Shown: piece after piece, positions 9,275 through 17,185 of the stretch
How the letters are laid out: each line of letters begins with the position of its first letter
Numbering within the stretch: the stretch's first letter is position 1
Assembly: GCA_025656455.1 (NCBI GenBank)
Contig: JAHXHS010000004.1
Location: 14,377-78,376, forward strand
Length of the DNA stretch: 64,000 nucleotides
Source: Candidatus Thiodiazotropha sp. (ex Epidulcina cf. delphinae)
Lineage (GTDB): Bacteria > Pseudomonadota > Gammaproteobacteria > Chromatiales > Chromatiaceae
Reading direction: 5' to 3'
The notes under the pieces: generated by a model
The model's input: the letters and a program-made list of their open reading frames with translations, nothing else
What the model was told of the DNA's origin: nothing
The model's database searches: none
Translations under genes and position numbers: made by a program

Positions 9275-9385
9275 TCGCGGCAGGGGTGGCATGGTCTGGC
9301 CGGCGCCCTTTGCCGGGCAGTGAACGGCGACAAAGAACCTGGCGGAATCCTGGGTCTGAATCATTGATTTCCACGACCCTTGTTG

Positions 9386-9656
9386 TTAGGGCCTGTTAAC
9401 ACTAATTTGATAGCCACTGTTGTGCCTGAAAAAGCGCCAATCAAGGCACGAGGAGCGTAGTTTGGTTGTTCCAAATAAGCGACGAGTAACGCCGAGTGGC
9501 GCTTTTTCAGGCGCAACCCGAAGGGCCAAGGCCCTGTTTTCGCCCAGCGGCGTTATCAGTCGCTTATGTAGACCCGGCTACACGGCGCTCCTTCTGCCTT
9601 GCTGGACAAAAACAGGGTCTTGGCAGTGGCTATCAAATTAGTGTTAACAGGCCCTA
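9386..9656 (+). mobile_element. MITE-like structured repeat, family A, copy 1 (271 bp)
   Basis: 33-bp terminal inverted repeats TAGGGCCTGTTAACACTAATTTGATAGCCACTG at 9386-9418 and 9624-9656. Two long internal hairpins are joined by the hinge CGCAACCCGAAGGGCC. A homologous copy lies in the opposite orientation at 55518-55786. Confidence 0.75.
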
Positions 9657-9809
9657 GGTGGTTTTTCATAAACATTTTCGATTGACTTGTTCATGGACAG
9701 CGGGTGCCGGCGCCCACGGAGGGGTTGGCGCTATGCTTTCTCGGGTTGCATGCAACAGAATCAGGAAATGACATAAGCTAAATAAACAATACTGATCAGG
9801 TAATACAGA

Positions 9810-12347
9810 GTGCAGGTCAATATTCAATCTAGGATCCACCCTCGGCTGCTGATGCTGATGCTGATGCTGGTTTCATGGCAGGCGAGTGCGGCGACGGCGA
9901 CCCGGGTGCTTGATCGCATCGAAATAGAGACCCAGGGCGATGCCAATGTCATCTCCGTCTATTTCAACGTGCCAGTGCGCTATGTCTCCCACCTGATAAA
10001 TGAAGCCAACAGTGAAGTCGGCGTGCAACTGAAAATCGGTCAGACCACTGAGGAGGCGATCGGCAAGACCGGCGATGAGGAGCTCGGCGACCTGGTGGAA
10101 AGCGATCAACTGACCTGGAACCCGACAGCCGCCGTGCCGCTGGATAAAGTGGCGTTTCAGGGGAACAATATCGGCACATCCACCTTATTGGTCTCTTTCG
10201 CAACACCGGTTAAGGATTTCACGATTCGCCAGGGACGTGATTTTTATGTCATGGAGTTCATCCTGCCGCAGGCGCCGTTAGGGGGGGATCAAGCAGACTC
10301 GATAGGGCGAGCCATGGATATCGCTGTCCCGGAGGCTCGTGCGCCCCTCAGTTTCAAGTCGCTGCCGCTGGTGATTTATGTCATCAACCTCAGCGCGGAT
10401 TCCCAACCCATCGATTTCTCACAGATTGCCCCGGTGCCGGTGGGCGACAATCAATTGCTCTACACAACCAAGTCGACGGTGGACGATCATACTTGGCACC
10501 GTCTGCGTTTGGGGTTCTTTCGAACCAAGGAGGAGGCCAGGCAGCAGTTGAAGGCGGTGAAAAACTTCTATCCGGATGCCTGGGTCGATACAGCGGATAT
10601 CGCTGAGCGTCGCCAGGCCTTTTTCGACCGGGGCATAGAACAGGAGTTTGACGTTCAACCCCTGCATGAGCCTGAAATATTGGATGTGGATCCCCGTTTG
10701 ACCGACATGATGGAGATGATCCGGCGCACGATCACGGCAGGCGACTACGCCAAGGCGGTCCGGCTCCTCGAAGCCCTGCTGGAAGAGCCGGATAATATCT
10801 ACTCCCAGGAGGCCTTGGAGCTGCTTGGGTTGTCCCGTGAAAGAAATGGCCAGATCGCCCACGCCAAGGGAGAGTACCGCCTCTATCTGGAGAAGTATCC
10901 CGAGGGAGAGGATGCTGATCGTGTCTGGCAACGCCTGCTCGGACTGGAGACCGCGCCGCAGCGGCCCCGGGAACCCCTACGCAAGAAGCAGGAGGGTGAA
11001 GCGGGAGAGGAGGGTCCCGCGGCGGTGTGGGAGACCTATGGCAGCTTTTCCCAGAACTACCGCAGGGATACCATCGACAGTCCCTTTGTGGAGGATGAAG
11101 ACAGTGTCTCCCGTTCCGAGATAGAGAGCTTCATCGACCTGAATACCCGGCGCAAGAGTGAGGATTTCGACATGCGCCTGAAACTTACCGGCAGTTATGT
11201 CTACGACTTGCTGGATGATGGCGATGGCAACGATTCGACGCTCAGCGACGCCTATCTGGACGTGGAGCATCTGCAGACCCGCGCCAGCGCCCGTTTTGGG
11301 CGTCAGCGGTTACGCTCCAGCGGTATCCTGAATCGTTTCGACGGTCTTGTGCTGGGCTATGAAGTAACCCCGGATATCGATATCAGGGTCAGCGCTGGCC
11401 TGCCAGTGGAGCGCTCCCGTGACACCTTCCTGCACAAACATAAGCAATTTGCCGGTATTAGCGGCGATATAGCGAGTATTTTCGAGAACTGGGATCTCAG
11501 CCTGTTTCTGGTTGAGCAGCGGGTCGACGATCTGGTCGACAGGCGGGCGTTGGGTGGTGAGGTCCGCTACTTCGATCCTGAGAAATCCCTGTTCGGTTTG
11601 CTCGACTACGACATCTTTCACCAGCAGCTCGGCATTTTTATGGTGCAGGGAAACTGGCGGTTACAGGACGAAACCCGTCTGTATATGAATTTCGATTATC
11701 GGAACAGCCCGATTTTGAGCACTTCCAATGCGCTGAGCGGACAGCTTGACCCGGTCACCCAGTTGTCGATCGAGTCGATCGAGGAGCTGCAGCGTTTCTA
11801 CACTGATGAGGAGATCTACGATCTGGCGCTGGATCGTACGGCAGAGACCACCACCCTGTCGTTCGGCGCAACGCGGCCGTTTTCGGAGACGCTGCAGTTG
11901 AGCGGCGACATTACCGTGAGTAAAACAGGTGAAACACCAGCCTCGGGTGGCGTGCTGGCCACGGAAGCGACCGACAACGAGTTCTTCTACACCTTCCAGG
12001 TCATTAAGAACGATCTGTTGAAGCAGGGTGATATCGGCATCTTTAGTCTGCGCTACTCCGATTCCAATACCTCGGATACCTTCAGAATCGGGATCAGCAG
12101 TCGCTATCCCATCACCAATGTCTGGCGAATCAATCCCCGACTGGATCTCTCCTACCGTCAAAACGACGACAATGACGGGACCCGTTTGACCGTCAGTCCG
12201 TTTATTCGGATGGATTACCGGTTCCGCAAGAACTTTACCTTTGAATTGGAGGGGGGATTGAACTGGTTCGAGGAAGATGACGGTATGGATGAAGTGACCA
12301 ACTTTACCGACTATTTCATCTTTGCCGGCTATCGCTGGGATTTCTGA
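9810..12347 (+). CDS. secreted TPR-containing protein with C-terminal outer-membrane beta-barrel-like domain
   Basis: GTG start with a signal peptide (RLLMLMLMLVSWQASA|AT). A SPOR-like segment (WHRLRLGFFRTKEEARQQLKAVKNFYPDAWV) and a TPR-like segment (GDYAKAVRLLEALL...GEYRLYLEKYPEGEDA) follow. The C-terminal ~430 aa show alternating beta-strand patterns and end in ...FIFAGYRWDF, the terminal aromatic residue typical of OMPs. Confidence 0.7.
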   Translation: MQVNIQSRIHPRLLMLMLMLVSWQASAATATRVLDRIEIETQGDANVISVYFNVPVRYVSHLINEANSEVGVQLKIGQTTEEAIGKTGDEELGDLVESDQLTWNPTAAVPLDKVAFQGNNIGTSTLLVSFATPVKDFTIRQGRDFYVMEFILPQAPLGGDQADSIGRAMDIAVPEARAPLSFKSLPLVIYVINLSADSQPIDFSQIAPVPVGDNQLLYTTKSTVDDHTWHRLRLGFFRTKEEARQQLKAVKNFYPDAWVDTADIAERRQAFFDRGIEQEFDVQPLHEPEILDVDPRLTDMMEMIRRTITAGDYAKAVRLLEALLEEPDNIYSQEALELLGLSRERNGQIAHAKGEYRLYLEKYPEGEDADRVWQRLLGLETAPQRPREPLRKKQEGEAGEEGPAAVWETYGSFSQNYRRDTIDSPFVEDEDSVSRSEIESFIDLNTRRKSEDFDMRLKLTGSYVYDLLDDGDGNDSTLSDAYLDVEHLQTRASARFGRQRLRSSGILNRFDGLVLGYEVTPDIDIRVSAGLPVERSRDTFLHKHKQFAGISGDIASIFENWDLSLFLVEQRVDDLVDRRALGGEVRYFDPEKSLFGLLDYDIFHQQLGIFMVQGNWRLQDETRLYMNFDYRNSPILSTSNALSGQLDPVTQLSIESIEELQRFYTDEEIYDLALDRTAETTTLSFGATRPFSETLQLSGDITVSKTGETPASGGVLATEATDNEFFYTFQVIKNDLLKQGDIGIFSLRYSDSNTSDTFRIGISSRYPITNVWRINPRLDLSYRQNDDNDGTRLTVSPFIRMDYRFRKNFTFELEGGLNWFEEDDGMDEVTNFTDYFIFAGYRWDF

Positions 12348-12511
12348 ATACCGGTTGATTGTCCGCGACCGCCACCACTGCTATAACCTCGTCATTCCGG
12401 CGGATGCCGGAGGAGTGGTGCATGGACGCACCGTTTACGGACCAAAGGATGGAATCCAGAACCCCCCTATTCAAACACGTACCGGGTTAATATTTATCTC
12501 GACTCCTCAGT

Positions 12512-12582
12512 CGTAGGTCAGGTTGACGCGGAGTGGCTACCTGACTCAATGGGGGTGTCACGTAGCTGCGCAGCGTGCCTAC
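12512..12582 (+). repeat. REP-like palindromic element, family C, copy 1
   Basis: CGTAGGTCAGGTTGACGCGGAGTGGCTACCTGACTCAATGGGGGTGTCACGTAGCTGCGCAGCGTGCCTAC. Near-identical copies lie at 12726-12797 (direct) and 36846-36918 (inverted). Confidence 0.75.
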
Positions 12583-12725
12583 TTGGCAACTAAAACCGCT
12601 ATTCCGACCTGCTGCCTGGAGAATCCTGTTTTCTTCGCAAGAGCTCATAGATTTCTAACCAAAAATTCTGTAACAGTGGTTATAATCTCACCTTTGTGCA
12701 GGTAAAACCTGAATCCATAGGTTTA

Positions 12726-12797
12726 GTAGGTCAGGTTGACGCGGAGCGGCTACCTGACTCAATGGGGGCGTCACGTAGCTGCGCAACGTGACCTACG
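12726..12797 (+). repeat. REP-like palindromic element, family C, copy 2
   Basis: It has the same ~72-nt sequence as 12512-12582, with a few substitutions. It is followed by GGGTTTCTAAAC, which also flanks the inverted copy at 36846. Confidence 0.75.
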
Positions 12798-12822
12798 GGT
12801 TTCTAAACAGTAGGAATCGAGA

Positions 12823-13197
12823 TTGAACCAGCTAATAGCCATTGCGTCGGGTGGCGCTGCCGGAGCACTGTTCCGTTTTTGGGTAGCCAATGGTGTGTAT
12901 GGTCTGTTGGGTCGTGGATTCCCCTATGGCACCCTGGCCGTCAATGTCCTGGGGTCGCTGGCGATGGGGTTCCTGTATGTGCTGTTATTGGAGCGCACCA
13001 CGGTTTCACCGGAGCTGCGCGGCGCCTTGCTGATCGGGTTTCTCGGCGCCTTTACCACCTTTTCCACCTTCTCGATAGAGACACTCAATTTGATCGAACA
13101 GGCAGAGTTGCTCAAGGCCGGATTGAATATCCTGCTCAGCGTGAGCGCTTGTGTATTGGCCTGCTGGTTCGGTCTGGTGCTTGGGAGGCAGTTATGA
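12823..13197 (+). CDS. crcB: fluoride ion channel CrcB/FluC
   Basis: 124 aa with 4 TM helices. Family-typical motifs are GGAAGALFRF, FPYGTLAVNVLGS and GFLGAFTTFSTFS. TTG start. Confidence 0.9.
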   Translation: MNQLIAIASGGAAGALFRFWVANGVYGLLGRGFPYGTLAVNVLGSLAMGFLYVLLLERTTVSPELRGALLIGFLGAFTTFSTFSIETLNLIEQAELLKAGLNILLSVSACVLACWFGLVLGRQL

Positions 13198-13505
13198 GAC
13201 AGACGGAAGTGACCCTGGTGCGGATCTACTTGACCGAAGGCGATCATCAACTGCGCAAGCTGCTCGATTTTTTGCACCGTGACGAGCAGGTCAGAGGCGT
13301 GACGGCATTCCGCGGTATCGCCGGTTTCGGTCGTTCCGGCAAGGCCCATGAGGCGTCGTTGCTGGATATCTCCATGGATCTTCCCCTGGTGATCGAGTTC
13401 TTCGATCAGCCCGAACGGGTGGAGAAGGTGTTGCACGATTTGAATCAATGGGTAGAACCGGGCCATGTGGTGAGCTGGTCCGCACACGTCAATATGGGTG
13501 AATGA
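13194..13505 (+). CDS. DUF190 domain protein (crcB-associated)
   Basis: MRQTEVTLVRIYLTEGDH...GVTAFRGIAGFGRSGK. The ATG at 13194 overlaps the crcB stop (ATGA). The longer ORF from 12879 was rejected as out-of-frame overlap with crcB. Confidence 0.8.
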   Translation: MRQTEVTLVRIYLTEGDHQLRKLLDFLHRDEQVRGVTAFRGIAGFGRSGKAHEASLLDISMDLPLVIEFFDQPERVEKVLHDLNQWVEPGHVVSWSAHVNMGE

Positions 13506-14780
<1,275 letters not shown>

Positions 14781-15125
14781 AGAGCATACTTGAGAGACGA
14801 TGGAAAAATATCACAGGGATTCACCATGGCATGAGGAAATGCGCAGTGAATTCGCGTTCATTTGCGGACTCATTACGCCTGAAAGTGTGCGAGAGATCGC
14901 TGTTCTTTATTTTGAGTCCTCAGGGAAATCTGTGGGCAGGGCTCGACGCAGATAAGTGATCAAGTGTATGATCTGAAGTGAGTTTTGTGGCCAGGAAGGT
15001 AACAAAACAACCGTGAATTTCTGAGTGTCAGTTTTGCTTGGACATAACCTGACACAAGCGCGATCTGGATTCGCCGGATTGATACTCTCGCAAAGCCGCG
15101 AAGCACGCAAAGGGAAAGGCGGCTA

Positions 15126-15395
15126 ATGGTAGAAAATGAAATTGGAAAGTAGATTGTCGATGGCGCGGTTCAGATTCACCGTGAGGCGGGAGCGGGATTG
15201 CTGGAAACAGTCTATGAGGCCATCCTTGCGCATCCGTTACGGCAACGAGGCTTTACAGGTTGAACGGCAGGTTGCCATCCCCATTGAATACCTTGGGCTC
15301 AGGTTTGATGAAGGCTTCCGGGCCGACCTTGTCGTTGAGAAAAGAGCTGTTATTGAGTTCAAGTGTGTTGAAAAACTCAACAATGCACATAATGA
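15126..15395 (+). pseudogene. GxxExxY (PD-(D/E)XK-like) family pseudogene
   Basis: It reads MVENEIGK*IVDGAVQIHREAGAGLLETVYEAILAHPLRQRGFT and contains the GLLETVY signature. There is an in-frame TAG at codon 9. A frameshift then leads into ERQVAIPIEYLGLRFDEGFRADLVVEKRAVIEFKCVEKL. The C-terminus runs into an intergenic repeat. Confidence 0.7.
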
Positions 15396-15592
15396 TTCTT
15401 TGCGTGCTTGGCGGCTTTGCGAGAGTCAATTGTCGTCTTGAAATACCCACAAATTTTGCTGAAGAGCCTTTGTTTTCTTCACTTATCAGACAAGTTAAAT
15501 AACTTTAAATATTAATTAATTATATATCTATTCTCAAGTTATAGCTTAAGTAAAGAAACTAAACAGGCATGGTGTGAAATAGGAGTAAGGGG

Positions 15593-15772
15593 TCATACCA
15601 TCATGATCAGAAGGATGACAAATCCCACCACGAGTGCGATCGGCACGATAGCGGCCTGCCAGTCGCCTTGTTGCGCCTTGGGACTGTTCTTCAGCCAATA
15701 TTTGGCGCGAGGCCAGATAAAGATGATCCATCCCACGATGAGAATGGCGGAGAAGACCTTCAGCCAGTCCAT
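15593..15772 (-). CDS. small two-TM membrane protein (59 aa), hypothetical
   Basis: It is below the ORF-track cutoff. Translation: MDWLKVFSAILIVGWIIFIWPRAKYWLKNSPKAQQGDWQAAIVPIALVVGFVILLIMMV*. It has two clean hydrophobic helices with a basic loop. The two listed 60-61-aa ORFs over the same DNA look non-protein-like. The SD is weak and the ORF lies after a terminator. Confidence 0.45.
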   Translation of the reverse strand: MDWLKVFSAILIVGWIIFIWPRAKYWLKNSPKAQQGDWQAAIVPIALVVGFVILLIMMV

Positions 15773-15788
15773 GTCATATTCCAGGTAA

Positions 15789-15813
15789 GAAAAACCCCGG
15801 CAAGGCCGGGGTT
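15789..15813 (-). terminator. intrinsic terminator of the BI-1 family gene
   Basis: The minus strand reads AACCCCGGCCTTGCCGGGGTTTTTCTT, a GC stem plus T tract, 28 nt after the stop at 15841. Confidence 0.7.
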
Positions 15814-15840
15814 ACAAAGTTCTAGTGACAAAATGTCTGA

Positions 15841-16512
15841 TTAGTCATCACCACCCAGGGCGCCCAGCAGGTGCAGCAGGCTGGTGAAGATGTTCAGAAT
15901 GGCCAGATAGAGACTCACGGTGGCCATGATGTAATTGGTCTGGCCTCCGTTGACCATTTGGCTGGTCTCGAACAGGATATAGCCGGACATCAGTAGAATC
16001 ACTACTGCTGAGATTGCCAGGTGGAGTCCCGGTATATTCAGGAACAGCCCGGCCAGGGAGGCGACCAACACCACCAGCATGCCGGCGAAGATGAATCCGC
16101 CCATGAAGCTGAAATCACGCTTCGTAGAGAGGGCGTAGCCGGAGAGGCCGAGGAATATGATGCCGGTGCCGCCGAACGCGGTAGCGACGATCTGCGAGCC
16201 GTTGGAGAGGGCGATGTAGTAGTTCAGAGTTGGGCCGAGACCGAACCCCAGCATCCCGGTAACGGCAAACACGACCCAGAGTCCGTTTGCCGAATTAGCT
16301 GCGCGGGGCAGCACAAACCAGAGCAGCGCCAGCGCCCCCAGGGATGTGCCCAGGGAGATCATGGGTGATGGTGCAATAGCCATCGAAACGATTGCCATCA
16401 ACGCACTCCAGACGAGGGTGCCGGACAGCAGCATATAGGTGTTCTTGATCAGTTTGTTGGTGGTTAAAGCGGATTCAACTGATCGGGTTGCAGTAAAATC
16501 TAGACGATTCAT
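15841..16512 (-). CDS. BAX inhibitor-1/YccA family membrane protein
   Basis: 223 aa, about 7 TM helices. The N-terminus ...NKLIKNTYMLLSGTLVWSAL and the overall pattern match the YccA/YbhL family. Confidence 0.85.
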   Translation of the reverse strand: MNRLDFTATRSVESALTTNKLIKNTYMLLSGTLVWSALMAIVSMAIAPSPMISLGTSLGALALLWFVLPRAANSANGLWVVFAVTGMLGFGLGPTLNYYIALSNGSQIVATAFGGTGIIFLGLSGYALSTKRDFSFMGGFIFAGMLVVLVASLAGLFLNIPGLHLAISAVVILLMSGYILFETSQMVNGGQTNYIMATVSLYLAILNIFTSLLHLLGALGGDD

Positions 16513-16682
16513 ATTGGCTTAATCTCCTGATTTGTTCCCTATAATCAATCTGATTGGTGAGACAGTCATTGTCCCAAAACGTTCAGCACAGGATACCGTG
16601 CCGGCTAAAAAGGTCAACTTACTATTAATTGGTGATTGTACTGGAATTTTCAAGGCCGGTTAGTGTATTCTAGCGCCCCTTC

Positions 16683-16773
16683 GGAGAGGTGGCAGAGCGG
16701 TTGAATGCGACGGTCTTGAAAACCGTTGAGGGTTAGTAGCCCTCCCAGGGTTCGAATCCCTGCCTCTCCGCCA
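16683..16773 (+). tRNA. tRNA-Ser (anticodon UGA)
   Basis: GGAGAGGTGGCAGAGCGGTTGAATGC...CTTGAAA...long variable arm...GGGTTCGAATCCCTGCCTCTCCGCCA. The acceptor stem is GGAGAGG/CCTCTCC, the anticodon loop is C-T-TGA-A-A, and CCA is encoded. Confidence 0.95.
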
Positions 16774-16822
16774 AATAAAAAGGGGGCCGGCTGGCCCCCT
16801 TTTTATTTGGCGGAGAGGCAGG
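16759..16822. terminator. 30-bp perfect inverted repeat (4-nt loop) combining the tRNA-Ser 3' end with an intrinsic terminator
   Basis: The left arm 16759-16788 (CCTGCCTCTCCGCCAAATAAAAAGGGGGCC) is the exact reverse complement of the right arm 16793-16822. The core GGGGGCC-GGCT-GGCCCCC plus TTTTTATTT is a canonical terminator. Confidence 0.75.
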
Positions 16823-17173
16823 ATTTGGTTCGAGCCCTTCGTTCGACAAGGAGCGAAGCGACGCAGGACGCCGCAGCGCAGCGGAGGCGCCCCGTAGGGG
16901 TGAGCCGAAGGCGAATCAATCCCTGCCCCGCAGTTGGCTTCCAAGCTGGGAGTCCCGCATGCCTCCTTATTTATCCGGCGGAGAGGCAGGATTTGGTTCG
17001 AGCCCTTCGTTCGACAAGGAGCGAAGCGACGCAGGACGCCGCAGCGCAGCGGAGGCGCCCCGTAGGGGTGAGCCGAAGGCGAATCAATCCCTGCCCCGCA
17101 GTTGGCTTCCAAGCTGGGAGTCCCGCATGCCTCCTTATTTATCCGGCGGAGAGGCAGGATTTGGTTCGAACCC
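16809..17173 (+). repeat. tandem repeat, period 168 bp, about 2.2 copies
   Basis: Units start at 16809, 16977 and 17145 (the last is partial). The two full units look virtually identical by eye. Each begins GGCGGAGAGGCAGGATTTGGTTCGA, the inverse complement of the tRNA-Ser 3' end. Confidence 0.9.
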
Positions 17174-17185
17174 TTTTTATTGGCT

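Noticed and set aside
4385-9364. Many long ORFs in other frames or antisense across the giant cytochrome gene (for example 4385-5323 minus, 312 aa; 4482-5264 plus, 260 aa; 5534-6082 minus; 6245-6781 minus; 7640-8200 minus; 8843-9364 minus).
   Set aside because: They are Gly/Ala/Arg/Met-rich and of low complexity, and they repeat with the same ~141-nt period as the sense gene. They are the expected shadow of a GC-rich, stop-poor repetitive CDS. The sense frame carries an unmistakable CXXCH pattern over its full length.
9420-9641. A 73-aa ORF inside family-A MITE copy 1, with equivalents at 55542-55787 and 55565-55762 in copy 2.
   Set aside because: The ORFs lie wholly within palindromic repeat DNA. 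They are on different strands and frames in the two copies, and the substitutions between copies preserve base pairing rather than codons.
12583-12822. Fluoride riboswitch and a promoter upstream of crcB (a perfect TATAAT lies at 12681-12686).
   Set aside because: I could not find the conserved fluoride-riboswitch core by eye. The TATAAT has no convincing -35 or extended -10 partner (TG is offset by one nt). An Infernal scan is needed before calling either.
12879-13193. A longer version of the DUF190 ORF starting at 12879 (208 aa).
   Set aside because: The first 105 codons overlap crcB out of frame and give non-protein-like sequence. The DUF190 homology begins at the ATG at 13194, which overlaps the crcB stop.
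16809-17173. Possible CRISPR array because of regularly spaced identical sequence.
   Set aside because: The whole 168-bp unit is repeated head to tail with no unique spacers. There are no cas genes in the window.
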